Shown in pieces: positions 9,619 through 19,763 of a stretch of DNA of 64,000 nucleotides; positions within the stretch are counted from its first letter, which is position 1, and each line of letters opens with the position of its first letter. Below the pieces are notes generated by a model. It did no database searches. It saw nothing but the letters and a program-made list of their open reading frames with translations, and was not told the DNA's origin. Both the position numbers and the translations under genes were made by a program. The stretch is from an uncultured Chloroflexia bacterium (GTDB taxonomy: Bacteria > Chloroflexota > Anaerolineae > CG2-30-64-16): contig CAVZDU010000007.1 of NCBI GenBank assembly GCA_963774265.1, forward strand, positions 64,001 through 128,000, read 5' to 3'.

Positions 9619-10020
9619 TTACACCATGTTGACGTCGAGGTCATTATAGCGGAAGGCGTTGAGTGTGGGTTGGCTTCGGTCGGCCAGGCTGCAAATCAGG
9701 TAAACTGCGTCGGGATAGGCGGCACGCTCGATATCGGTCTCTGAGGGGACGGCGGGACCTTGTGGGTGGGAATGGTAGATCGCGACGAGCTCCAATCCAG
9801 CTTCCTCAAATTCGATCTGTTTTGCCAGCGTTTCGATGTCGAGTTCGAAGGTAGCGCGCGGCGTGGCAGAGACGTTACGACCGGCATGTACGGTCACGGC
9901 GACGCCATCTATTCCCGAGACAAGGCCGCAGACTTCCTCAGGATAGCCTGCCTGCGCGTGAGCGATGATCTGCTCAGCCAATTCGGGTGACAGATAGAAT
10001 GAGCCTGCGTTCGTCACCAA
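9619..10020 (-). CDS. JAB/Mov34 (M67) metallopeptidase, Mec-like
   Basis: PEEVCGL and IYHSHP...PSETD JAMM motif. Confidence 0.9.
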   Translation of the reverse strand: MVTNAGSFYLSPELAEQIIAHAQAGYPEEVCGLVSGIDGVAVTVHAGRNVSATPRATFELDIETLAKQIEFEEAGLELVAIYHSHPQGPAVPSETDIERAAYPDAVYLICSLADRSQPTLNAFRYNDLDVNMV

Positions 10021-10655
10021 GCCCTGCCGGTCAGATGGGGATTCGTCTGCCGTTCAGCTCCCACAGTGCTACTCTCACCATGCCCTGACAGGATGACATA
10101 ATCGTCAGGGAGGGTCAGGATTTCCCTCCGGATGCCGTTCAAGAGCGTATCAAGGTCGCCACCATGGAGGTCAGAACGGCCGATGGAGCCGGCAAACAGC
10201 GCATCACCCGTGAAGGCGCGGCGGCTCGCGTGGTCCACCAGGGTGACGCCTCCGGGGGAATGGCCTGGCGTGAGACGCACTTCGAGGGCGATATCACCAG
10301 CTTCAACCGTTTCGCCCGGTTTCAGGTCCTTGTCGATCGTGGGCGCTTCGCCCGGATCGTAGCCCAGCCAGGAGATGCAGGTGCGCCGCATGGCCACGAC
10401 CAGGGGGAGGTCGGCATGGTGAAGATAGAATGGTGCGCCCGTCTCCTCTTGCAGCACGCGACAAGCCAGGAGGTGATCGAAGTGACCGTGGGTGCCGAGG
10501 ATGCGCGCAAGCTTCAAGTCGTGGCGTCTGAGGCTGGCAAGGATGGCGTCCGGCTCGTCGCCAGGATCGATGACGATGGCTTCGTGCGTGCGCTCGCAAC
10601 CAAGCATGTAGCAATTCGCCTGCAGCATACCAACGGGCAGCGTATCGAGTATCAA
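10014..10655 (-). CDS. MBL-fold metallohydrolase (glyoxalase II-like)
   Basis: THGHFDH, TPGHSPG, FTGDALF, GHG. Confidence 0.92.
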   Translation of the reverse strand: MILDTLPVGMLQANCYMLGCERTHEAIVIDPGDEPDAILASLRRHDLKLARILGTHGHFDHLLACRVLQEETGAPFYLHHADLPLVVAMRRTCISWLGYDPGEAPTIDKDLKPGETVEAGDIALEVRLTPGHSPGGVTLVDHASRRAFTGDALFAGSIGRSDLHGGDLDTLLNGIRREILTLPDDYVILSGHGESSTVGAERQTNPHLTGRAW

Positions 10656-10675
10656 ATCAGCGTCTCCTGTTTGGC

Positions 10676-13156
10676 CTACGGTTTCTCAATCTTCACGGTG
10701 CCCAAATATGCACTGCCTGCTTCAGTCTCTTCGTCGGGCAGGAGTGTCAAGCTGAGCCGGTAAGTATCGGGCTGAAGGTCGGCGGGAATGGGCAGATCGT
10801 GTTCTCCCCGGACGATTTCGTCCTGCTGCCACAGTGTACTGAGATAAGTCACGCTCACCAGCGGTGCAGTCAGGCTGGCGACCGTATTGCCGCCACCATC
10901 GCTCAGTGTGAGCGCAAACCACCAATCCGCACGTGGTGCTACATTCGCGCGCCAGTAGAACGTGACGTGGAGCAAGTCGCCGGGTGCGATGGGCGTTTCA
11001 GGCGCGTGGCCAAAGCCGCGCTTGTAGCGGTCATGGCCTATCAGGCTGATCGCGCCAAAATCGAAGCTCTGGCGATACTGCATTTCTAACGCGTCCAGGG
11101 GCGGCGGTGTCTTCGCGCGCTGCACATTGATCGGCGGCAGGCTGATGAAATCGCTCCCATCGGATAGCTGCAGTCGATCCAGCGTCTCCGCATCATACAT
11201 GCCTACGATACGGCGGTAGCTGCCGGGTGGGGTGCCGGGCGGGATGAGGAGGCCGTGGTTGTCGAGCACCATTTCGCCGGGCTGCCAGGTGGTCGTTGGG
11301 CGGCTTTCACCCGAGGGCTGGGCGTCGCGCTGTGCAATAACCTGGTCGCGCGGGTCCAGCAGTTGCAGAAATACCTTGTAGGGGCGCGCCGGCGTCTGGT
11401 CCGCGCGCCATATGAGCTGTAACTGGGTGACCTCGCCCGCGGCCGGGGACAGATTCCAGCCCAGGTAACCCACCAGGCTGATCTGGTCGCCCAGCCTGAT
11501 ATCCAATGCGTCGACGATCTCATCCGCCGCACGACGTTCGGGCATGACATACACCGCCAGTCGCACGTTGCCATGCCACTGATCCAACGTTTTGTAGCCT
11601 CGCTGGTCCAGCCAATGTTCGATGATGCTCTGCGGGTCAGCCTCCGCCGCGGCCCAGTAAAGGACATAAATCTTCTGGTGCGCCAGCAGCGCATCGAGGT
11701 CCGACTGGGTCTGGACAGGATCCAGTGGCCGTTGGCGGGGCAGCGGGTAAATTGGCAAGTCACCCTTGTAGTAGTAGCTGAAGACCTCGCTCTGGCCCGG
11801 CGCAGTGAGCACGATGGCATCGGTGGGTTGGGCAGTTGCAACAATGAACTGGCTCATCCCCCGGTAGTCATCGCGTGCGACGTTAGGATCGTCGTAATAG
11901 CGCGTCAGGGATGCGGCTGACGTTGCGGTGATGAATGACAGGGCGATCAGGACCCATGCCACAGCGCCGAGTCCCCTGAACAATCGCTCTCCCTGGACGG
12001 CTCTGCCCGTTTCCGCGGATTCCGCGCCCCCAACAGGCGGTTCACTGCGGGCCAGCAGCCATTCGGCAGGCCCCAGGGTGATCCGTGAAAGCAGCAGCGC
12101 AAAGGCCGGGCTGCCGATGACCAAGAACTTCAGGTATGAGCCCCGGAATAGTCCCAGGCCCAGGATCATCAGGATAGGCGCGAGCATCCATGACAGAGGG
12201 AGGATCATCCGGACCCAGTCCATGCGCGGTGCGCCACACTGCTTTGCGCGGCTGAAGTAAGGCCACGGCAGTGCCCCAAGCAAGGCCAACAGGAAAAGGA
12301 CCCACGCCCAGGGCTGAGACGGTTCAAGCGGCACCGGGCCGAACACCAGCGTGGTGACAAGGATGTTGATTTGTGCGGCGAAGCTGGCGGCTGTGACGGG
12401 TGCCGGCCAGGAGGTCAACTGGTGCACCGCGACGCTGAGCCAGGGCGCGTACAGGCCGAGCGTGAGCACCAGGAAGAGCAGCCAGCGGATGATGCGCGGC
12501 CAAACACACCCGCGACGCCCGGTGATGATCAGCCACAAGGCGTAGAGGCCGGTGCAGAGCGCAATGATCAGCGCAAAGGCGTAGTGGGTGTAGAGGCCGG
12601 CCGCCCAGACAAGCACCAGCAGTTGACCTGAAAAGGGCAGCCAGCGCACCCGGGCTTTGGCCACACCCTGGCAAGGCAGGCGGCGGTCTTCCTGGTTCAA
12701 CAACCACCAGAAGAGCAACATGGTCAGCGCGGCTTCGAGCGCCACCAGGATATACATCCTTGTTTCCTGGCCATAGTAGATCTGGAAAGGCGCCAGCGCA
12801 GCGATGAGGCCCGCCGCGAGTCCGCCCGCGTTATGGTAGAGGCGGCGGCCCAACTCAGCCGTGGCCAGGACGAGCAGCACGCCGAACATGACGCTCAGCG
12901 AGCGCAGACCGGCTTCCTCATGCCCGAAAATGCCTGTCCAGAGGTGCAGCAGCCAATAGTAGAGAGGAGGGTGAATGTCGTTCGCGGCGTCTTGCACGAT
13001 GACGGCAAGAGAGCGGGTGGCCAGGGCCGCACTGTTGCCTTCATCCGCCCACAGGCTTTGCGCCTCCAGGTTGTAGAAGCGCAAGGCGGCTGCGATTCCC
13101 AGGAGGAGCAGCAGCACGAGGATGAGCAGGCTGGCGTCGCGTCGCGATTGCCTCAC
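10676..13156 (-). CDS. GT-C membrane glycosyltransferase (PMT/family 39-like) with C-terminal extracellular domains
   Basis: SLWADE, DIHPPLYY, QETRMY, multiple TM helices. Confidence 0.85.
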   Translation of the reverse strand: MRQSRRDASLLILVLLLLLGIAAALRFYNLEAQSLWADEGNSAALATRSLAVIVQDAANDIHPPLYYWLLHLWTGIFGHEEAGLRSLSVMFGVLLVLATAELGRRLYHNAGGLAAGLIAALAPFQIYYGQETRMYILVALEAALTMLLFWWLLNQEDRRLPCQGVAKARVRWLPFSGQLLVLVWAAGLYTHYAFALIIALCTGLYALWLIITGRRGCVWPRIIRWLLFLVLTLGLYAPWLSVAVHQLTSWPAPVTAASFAAQINILVTTLVFGPVPLEPSQPWAWVLFLLALLGALPWPYFSRAKQCGAPRMDWVRMILPLSWMLAPILMILGLGLFRGSYLKFLVIGSPAFALLLSRITLGPAEWLLARSEPPVGGAESAETGRAVQGERLFRGLGAVAWVLIALSFITATSAASLTRYYDDPNVARDDYRGMSQFIVATAQPTDAIVLTAPGQSEVFSYYYKGDLPIYPLPRQRPLDPVQTQSDLDALLAHQKIYVLYWAAAEADPQSIIEHWLDQRGYKTLDQWHGNVRLAVYVMPERRAADEIVDALDIRLGDQISLVGYLGWNLSPAAGEVTQLQLIWRADQTPARPYKVFLQLLDPRDQVIAQRDAQPSGESRPTTTWQPGEMVLDNHGLLIPPGTPPGSYRRIVGMYDAETLDRLQLSDGSDFISLPPINVQRAKTPPPLDALEMQYRQSFDFGAISLIGHDRYKRGFGHAPETPIAPGDLLHVTFYWRANVAPRADWWFALTLSDGGGNTVASLTAPLVSVTYLSTLWQQDEIVRGEHDLPIPADLQPDTYRLSLTLLPDEETEAGSAYLGTVKIEKP

Positions 13157-14982
13157 TGCTTGACACCCCTCCATAGGCGGCGACGGGGGTAAACTGGCGG
13201 CTCGTCAGATGGCGGTGGTGGCGGGGGCGGTGGCGCTTTGGGTTCGCGCCGCACACGGACCTGCCGCGCGACCTGGGCGAATACCAGACACAGGAGTGCG
13301 ACAGCGGCTGCCGCGAGCGCTGTCCATCGCAGCCAGAGTGGCGCCTCGCGGCGCACTGTGATCGCACTCACGCCTGCACGACCTCCGATAACCTGGATTT
13401 GCACCAAATGCTCGCCATTCGGGAGCCCACGCGCCATCGTGGTCATCCCCGCGGTGCCGGTCAACATCACTGGCTCGTTATCATCCACGATGACCTGTAA
13501 ATTGCCGTCACACGGAGAACCATCTCCACAGCCTGGCTCGATGCCCAAAGCCGTACCCTTGAAAACGAAACGTAACGTCGCGCCGGGTGCGGCCACACGA
13601 ACGCTGGCGTAGGGCGACTGAGAAGCAACCGCGCTCTCCCACTCACCGTTTTCCGTCACAGCCCAACCCAGGGCCTCGTGCATGCCTGGGTGAAGCACTG
13701 GCGTCACCGAGGTCATATAGGTCTTCAGGCCGTTGTAAACGGGCTGGAGCGTGAAGTCCGGGTCGGCCAGTCGAAAGTATCCTTCAGGACGCTTCGCCTG
13801 CAGCCATTCGTCGGTCGCGCGCTTGAAATACCAGGTGTTGACCACGCCGGCCCACGGCCACTCGGACCCTGCACGTTCGTAGGCCAGCGGCGTGTAACGC
13901 GCTTGCTGTTCCGGCGTAACCCTGCCGAAACGCTGGTCGGGCGCATCGGCCGGGACAGTATTCCAACCCATCTCGCTGATCCAGATTGGCTTGTTCGCGT
14001 CGCCGTTCGTCACCATCACATCGCGCACGAACTGAGGCCGGCCGAAGTTCATCACTCTCGGGTGCATCCGGTGATCGGTCGGGCCGGACCACAGCCCATA
14101 GGCCTGCACGGCCATGATATCGAAATAAGGCGCGGCCCCCGCGTCATACATACGCTGAAGGTAGATCAAGTCGTTGAGTGCGTTGCCCGGCGGCGCCGCG
14201 TCCGGTGACAACTCGATGGTGCTCGCAAGCGCGCCGGCAATAATGACGACGTTGGGATCTGCCTCGCGGGCGCGCGTGGCGCCGGTTTTCAGGAGACGAG
14301 TATAGTCTTCGGGGCTAATTGGATAGGCGCCCCACTCCGGATAGATATTCGGCTCGTTCCAGAGCTGATAGAAACGGATGCGTCCTCTGTAGCGATCGAC
14401 GAGCGCGTATACAAAATCGCCGAAATCGTCGTAGTTGTCAGGCGGTGCAAATGTCCCCACTTCGTCGCCGCGGTCACGACTCCACGCCGGCGGCGTGCTG
14501 ACCCGGACGATCAACTCCATGTCGTACTGGTCGGCCAGGTCGACGATTTGGTCATACTTCTCCCATGCGGGGCGGGCTGGGGAATTGCGGCGATCCTCGA
14601 AATCGCCTTTAGCGTGGATCTCGATGTCCTGCCAGGGGAACTCTTGCCGGAGCCAGTAGAAGCCGGCTTCCTTTGCCAGTTTCACAGTCTGCTCTCGCTT
14701 GGCGGATTCGACTTCCTCGTTGAGGAAGACATTTACGCCGAAGGGATTGAGGTTCGCGTACTTGACCGGCGCTTCGGGCGCAAGATTGAGCCGGGGACGG
14801 AGCAAGTCGGCCGACAGGTCGGTGAGTCCCTTTAGCTGCGAGAGTAGATTCTCTTCGCCGGTGAGGTTAACCAGGGCGCCGCGCAGCGCGTCGCGGCCTT
14901 CGTAGCCAGCCAGCACGACAATGGCGGCGAGGATGAGCCAGGCCAGCCAGCTGCGGCGCGACCTTCGGGGGGAACGTGTCAT
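13153..14982 (-). CDS. membrane-anchored clan GH-A glycoside hydrolase (GH5/GH39-like)
   Basis: QLWNEPN acid/base and IWISEMGW nucleophile motifs; N- and C-terminal TM helices. Confidence 0.85.
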   Translation of the reverse strand: MTRSPRRSRRSWLAWLILAAIVVLAGYEGRDALRGALVNLTGEENLLSQLKGLTDLSADLLRPRLNLAPEAPVKYANLNPFGVNVFLNEEVESAKREQTVKLAKEAGFYWLRQEFPWQDIEIHAKGDFEDRRNSPARPAWEKYDQIVDLADQYDMELIVRVSTPPAWSRDRGDEVGTFAPPDNYDDFGDFVYALVDRYRGRIRFYQLWNEPNIYPEWGAYPISPEDYTRLLKTGATRAREADPNVVIIAGALASTIELSPDAAPPGNALNDLIYLQRMYDAGAAPYFDIMAVQAYGLWSGPTDHRMHPRVMNFGRPQFVRDVMVTNGDANKPIWISEMGWNTVPADAPDQRFGRVTPEQQARYTPLAYERAGSEWPWAGVVNTWYFKRATDEWLQAKRPEGYFRLADPDFTLQPVYNGLKTYMTSVTPVLHPGMHEALGWAVTENGEWESAVASQSPYASVRVAAPGATLRFVFKGTALGIEPGCGDGSPCDGNLQVIVDDNEPVMLTGTAGMTTMARGLPNGEHLVQIQVIGGRAGVSAITVRREAPLWLRWTALAAAAVALLCLVFAQVARQVRVRREPKAPPPPPPPPSDEPPVYPRRRLWRGVKQ

Positions 14983-15021
14983 GGCTGTTGGGCTGATGCC
15001 GGTATGCTAGAGATCGCAGAA

Positions 15022-15048
15022 GACCGGCATCCGCACAGGATGCCGGTC
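15022..15048. terminator. hairpin after the SH3 gene
   Basis: gaccggcatcc-gcaca-ggatgccggtc. Confidence 0.55.
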
Positions 15049-15064
15049 CTCAAGACACAAACTA

Positions 15065-16000
15065 TCAATCACCCACGAAGGTGATGCCGGTGCATTGCAC
15101 GCCTTCGGTCAGAGTGCGTACGAACTTGTCGGACACAGGGGCGGGGGGACCGTTGAACTGATTCTGTTCCCCGCCGGTGACTCCATCGCAGCTCACGACG
15201 TAGATTTCAACCTGGCCGGTTGGCGGCGCGCCTGGGCCAAATGGTGCTAAGCCCCAAACGCCGTCGCCCACGCCGTTGCAGCCACTGCATTTGGTCTGGC
15301 GGGGTCCGTAGAACGCGATGTGTACGCACACGCCGTTGCGAGGCGAGTTGTCACGAAAGCGGATGAAACCGTTGAAGTAGGTCGTGCCCGCGTTCGGTTG
15401 ACAATCAGCGGAGCCTTGCACATAGGTGAATGGGTATGACGGCGCGGGCGGTGCGGGCGGGCTGGTCGGCTGCGGCACTGCGGTGGGCTGAACCGGTCGC
15501 GGGCGGGCAGTAGGCTGCGGCCGCGCGGTCGGCACCGCAGGCGCCATCGCCACTTCTACACCTTCCAGATCGCCACTGATGCGTACGAGTGTCGATGTGA
15601 CCCAGCCGTCCTGGCCGTTGAGGTCGAACTTGATCCAATCGCCGGCATCGTTGCGACCGGTGATATCGAAGGACTGCCCGAGGGTGAGCCGGCCGATGCT
15701 TGGGTAGGCGGTACCCGGTCCACTGCGCACGTTGACGTTTTGATTCGCAGTCAGTTGCGCCGGTGGGACAGGTGTCTCGGTCGGGACGGCCGTCGCGGTG
15801 GCTTCGGGCGTCGGCGACGCAGGAGCTGCCGTGGCGGTTGGGATTACGATAGAGGTCGGCGTCCAATCGGGCGTCGGCGTGAAGGTCGGCTTGGGCGTCT
15901 TAGTCGGCGGCACGGGCGCCGGTGCAGGCGCCGATACGCACCCGGCAGCCAGCGCGACGACTAAGATTGCAAGGGAAAGAGCAACTAACTTCCTGGACAT
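15065..16000 (-). CDS. SH3b-domain lipoprotein with Pro/Thr linkers
   Basis: LAAGC lipobox, NVNVRSGPGTAY...GWV SH3 motif, Cys-containing C-terminal domain. Confidence 0.85.
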   Translation of the reverse strand: MSRKLVALSLAILVVALAAGCVSAPAPAPVPPTKTPKPTFTPTPDWTPTSIVIPTATAAPASPTPEATATAVPTETPVPPAQLTANQNVNVRSGPGTAYPSIGRLTLGQSFDITGRNDAGDWIKFDLNGQDGWVTSTLVRISGDLEGVEVAMAPAVPTARPQPTARPRPVQPTAVPQPTSPPAPPAPSYPFTYVQGSADCQPNAGTTYFNGFIRFRDNSPRNGVCVHIAFYGPRQTKCSGCNGVGDGVWGLAPFGPGAPPTGQVEIYVVSCDGVTGGEQNQFNGPPAPVSDKFVRTLTEGVQCTGITFVGD

Positions 16001-16209
16001 TGAAACGTACACCTCGAATGAGATTGGAGATCATATGACCCGGGCACGTGAATGGCTGGCCGGGACCTATGCTACGGCCATCAGACCGGCAGGTTTGATG
16101 ATTCTAGCACAAAATGATGTTGGGTCCTAACATACCCCCTATCGCATGCATTCTGAACGGAGTCCGCAGGCGCAGTCGAAGGATCCATGCGAGACCGAAG
16201 GATTTCCTC

Positions 16210-17334
16210 TCACTTACTTTGGCATCGCCTGATCCCGTCTTGCGCGGGCTTGGAGTCGGGGTTCAGCACAAGCGCCTGCTCGAACCACTTGATCCCCTTA
16301 GCGCAGTCATCAAGATACGAGTAGGCGAGGCCCAATTCATAGTAGTACTCCTCGTTTTTCAGGCCCAGATCAAACGCCCGGGTGAAACTCTCGATGGCCG
16401 ATTCCCAGTTGAGCTGCGTATAGTACAGCCGCCCCAGGTGAGCGTGCGCGGGCGCATACTCCGGGTCCAGATCGATGGCCTTGTTCAGGGTGGCCTTGCC
16501 CAGGTCCGGATCACCGTTCAACGCGCTGGCATGACCGAGCGAATCGTATCCGGTTGGGATGTCGGGATTGACCTCGACGGCTTTCTGGAACTGAGCGATG
16601 GCGTTGTCGTACTCGTTCAGCGCCATGTGAATGTTGCCGGCGCTGATGTAAATGTACCCCAGCTTAGGCTCTAATTCTGCCGCACGGGCATACTCTACCA
16701 AGGCTTCTTCGTATCGACCTTGCATCGACAAAACATAACCGAGGTTGCGGATCACGTACGCGCTGTTCGGATCCAGCGTTTCGGCCTGCCTGGCTTCTTC
16801 GAGCGCACGCTGCCAGTTATTGCGATCCGCATAGACCTCGCCCAAGGTCGCGTGGGCCTCCGCGGATAGCGGGTCGGCATCGACAGCCTTCAACGCGGTC
16901 TTGATCGCTTCGTCGTACTCGCTGTTCCAATCCTGCGCCATGGCGAGGATGGATAGATTCTCGGCGTCCGGCTCGATTTGGACGGCCTGTTGCGCTGCTT
17001 TGACCGCGCGTTCGGGATGACCCCTCAAGATCCAAAGCCACGCGACGCGATTGAGGGCCTCGTGATTCTCCGGTTCAAGTTGCACCATTCGATCGTAGCT
17101 CTCGGCGGCTTTGGCGAAAAGGCCGGCCTGATAGGCGTCCTCGGCCTCGGCCAGGTAGCTCACGGCGGAACGCGTCGGTGTGGCGGTCGGTGCGAGCGGA
17201 TTAAACGGGTTCTCAAAGAAGCGCGTGCGCGTGGCCAGGAGATACACGCCAGGCATCAGGATAATGGCGATCAAAAAGATGATCGGCCAGGGGGAGCGCC
17301 TGCGGCGCCCGCGATACCGGCGGTCGATCTGCAT
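16210..17334 (-). CDS. tetratricopeptide-repeat membrane protein
   Basis: N-terminal TM helix and multiple TPR patterns. Confidence 0.88.
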   Translation of the reverse strand: MQIDRRYRGRRRRSPWPIIFLIAIILMPGVYLLATRTRFFENPFNPLAPTATPTRSAVSYLAEAEDAYQAGLFAKAAESYDRMVQLEPENHEALNRVAWLWILRGHPERAVKAAQQAVQIEPDAENLSILAMAQDWNSEYDEAIKTALKAVDADPLSAEAHATLGEVYADRNNWQRALEEARQAETLDPNSAYVIRNLGYVLSMQGRYEEALVEYARAAELEPKLGYIYISAGNIHMALNEYDNAIAQFQKAVEVNPDIPTGYDSLGHASALNGDPDLGKATLNKAIDLDPEYAPAHAHLGRLYYTQLNWESAIESFTRAFDLGLKNEEYYYELGLAYSYLDDCAKGIKWFEQALVLNPDSKPAQDGIRRCQSK

Positions 17335-18189
17335 CAGCCGCGCTCCACTCCAGCCATGCCTGCAGTGATGATCTGCGCGGCGACGTCCGCGACGATGCGC
17401 TCGATCGCCTCGCGGATGACCGGCTGGCCGTTGCCGATGATTAGCGTGGTGCTGGTGAGATGTGCAGGGGCCCCATCGTACTGCGTGAGAAGGCCGCCGG
17501 CTTCCTCAACCATCACCCAACCGGGCGCGAAATCCCAGGGCTTCAGTCCGGTCTCCCAGTATGCCTCCAGGTGACCTGAGGCGACCCATACCATCGTCAT
17601 CGACGCGGCGCCCAGGCGGCGAACGGACTGAGTCAGGTTGTCAAGGATCGAGAACTCCGTGTGACGCGCACGGCCCGCCTCGGTTCGCGGCGTACTGGAA
17701 GCCGGTGGCCAGGATTGCGCTGCGCAGTTCATTGACCCCAGAGACGTGCAGCCGGGTCTCAGTGTTCCCTTCTTGTCGCCATGCGCCCTGGCCACGGACC
17801 GCCCAATACGTCCGATTGTTCGCGGGTTCATGGGTCACGCCCAGGACGGGGTAACCGTCATGTGCGAGAGCGATGTTGACGCCGTAGATCGGGAGGCCGT
17901 GTGCGAAGTTAGTCGTTCCATCCAGGGGGTCGACAATCCACACCCATTCAGCGTCGGAGAAACGTTGGCTCGTCTCCTCTGAGATGATGCCGTAATGGGG
18001 AAATGCCGCGCGTAACTCGGACAGGATGAACCGTTCCGAGGCAAGGTCCGCTTCGGTCACGATGTCAAAGTGACCCAGCTTCTGACGGATGGTCTCCTGA
18101 TTGAGCCCGCGTTCGCGGATGCCCAACAACAAATCTCCCGCGCGTTGCGCCAGGTCGATGGCAAAATCACGAATTGCATTGTCCAACAA
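17334..18189 (-). CDS. suhB: inositol monophosphatase family protein (frameshift near 17680)
   Basis: DIVTEAD, WIVDPLDGTTNFAHG; second frame has RRLGAA and LKPWD..G. Confidence 0.85.
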
Positions 18190-18193
18190 TAGT

Positions 18194-18916
18194 TCACCCT
18201 ACCTTGGTGTGATCCAACCCCAGGCGCAGAAGGTTCGCGCGCACCTGGCGACCGTAGTCCGACCCGAGCAAGCGCAACATCTCCTGCACCTTCGCCCGCC
18301 GCGAATTGTCGCTGCGCGGGCAACCAGGCGGCGGAGGTGGAAACTCACGCGCGCGGGCGAAGCGGGCGATCTCGCTTTCGGGCGTGTAGATGAGCGGACG
18401 AATCAGGCGAAAGCGGCCGCGAAAGTAACTCGCCACCGGCGCCAAAGTATGGACGCTGCCGACGTACAAAAAGTTCAATAATGTCGTCTGCGCCACATCG
18501 TCCGCGTGGTGTGCGTAGGCCAGCACGTTGCAGTTCAGCGCGTCCGCCGCAAAAAACAGCGCCTTGCGCCGCAGCCAGGAGCATCGTTGGCATTCCAGCG
18601 GCGCTGCGTCGCCGGCATTCAGCTCCGGCGCGATGCTGCGATAGGGCAGACCGGCCGCAGCCAGCCAATCTTCCAGCGGTTGATGTGCTGCGGTGACACC
18701 AGTCGCATCCCCGCGCACGTGGATCGCTGCAAGGTCGTAGGTTACGTTCGCGAGGTGACGATAGCGGCCGAGTAAATCCAGTAGTGCCAGGCTGTCCTTC
18801 CCGCCGGATACCGCCACGGCCACCCGGTCGCCATCCCGCAGCATCTCATATTCACGGTCAGCCTTGCCCACGCTGCGCAGCAGAAAGTGAGCTTGTCGCT
18901 CAGCAGTGGCTGCCAC
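18194..18916 (-). CDS. ttcA: tRNA 2-thiocytidine biosynthesis TtcA family protein
   Basis: PP-loop SGGKDS, CQRC..LRR, HHADD, LIRPL. Confidence 0.85.
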   Translation of the reverse strand: MAATAERQAHFLLRSVGKADREYEMLRDGDRVAVAVSGGKDSLALLDLLGRYRHLANVTYDLAAIHVRGDATGVTAAHQPLEDWLAAAGLPYRSIAPELNAGDAAPLECQRCSWLRRKALFFAADALNCNVLAYAHHADDVAQTTLLNFLYVGSVHTLAPVASYFRGRFRLIRPLIYTPESEIARFARAREFPPPPPGCPRSDNSRRAKVQEMLRLLGSDYGRQVRANLLRLGLDHTKVG

Positions 18917-19763
18917 GGGCGACCCTTCTCTCCTTCAACCTTCGCACAGCTTTCATGGGCACGTAAACGCCCCCAAGATCCGACTCGCCTGGGCGGACGC
19001 CGTGGAAGTCGGTGCCTCCGGTGACGATGAGGTGATGACGTCGCGCAACCCCAAGAAGCTGTTCGATCGTGATGGCATCGTAGCCGTTATAGTAAACCTC
19101 GATGCCCGCGAGGCCCTGCGAGATCATCTCCGGCAGCAGGCCGGACTCGTCGAACCGTTCCTTGATCTTGCCATACCGGTCGAAGAAGACCGGGTGCGCG
19201 AACACGGGTAGGCCGCCGGCGCGGCAGATCAGCGCACACGCCTCAGCGGGCGTGAATTTTTCACGCTCGACATAAGCAGGACTGTTCCGGCCGATATATT
19301 GATCGAATGCCTGTCCGTAGCTGGAGACGTGGCCTGCCTCAACCAGCGCTTGCGCCACGTGCGGCCTGCCCACCGAACCCTCGCCAGCAATCTCAAGGAT
19401 GCGTTCGAAACGGATCGGTGCACCCATGCCGGTCAGGACTTCGGCCATTCGTTTGGCGCGACCTACTCGACCCTCGCGGATGAGGGCAAGCCTTTCGTTC
19501 AACTCTTCGTGGCGGTGATCGACGAAGTAGCCGAGCACATGAACTTCGGCCCCGGGCACATCAGTGTTGATCTCGACGCCCGGGATGATTTCCACGCCGT
19601 GGATAGCGCCTGCGGCGAGTGCTTCCGGGATGCCTGCCACGGTGTCGTGGTCGGTGATGGCCAGCACCTTCAGGCCCAGCCGGCTGGCGCGCTGCACGAG
19701 CTGAGCGGGTGCCAGAGTCCCGTCCGACGCCGTGGTGTGGGCGTGCAGATCGACCTGGTTCAT
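18900..19763 (-). CDS. PHP-domain phosphoesterase (TrpH/YciV-like)
   Basis: DLHAHTTASDG, ITDHD, GRPH, AHP, GGTDFHG. Confidence 0.93.
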   Translation of the reverse strand: MNQVDLHAHTTASDGTLAPAQLVQRASRLGLKVLAITDHDTVAGIPEALAAGAIHGVEIIPGVEINTDVPGAEVHVLGYFVDHRHEELNERLALIREGRVGRAKRMAEVLTGMGAPIRFERILEIAGEGSVGRPHVAQALVEAGHVSSYGQAFDQYIGRNSPAYVEREKFTPAEACALICRAGGLPVFAHPVFFDRYGKIKERFDESGLLPEMISQGLAGIEVYYNGYDAITIEQLLGVARRHHLIVTGGTDFHGVRPGESDLGGVYVPMKAVRRLKERRVARGSHC

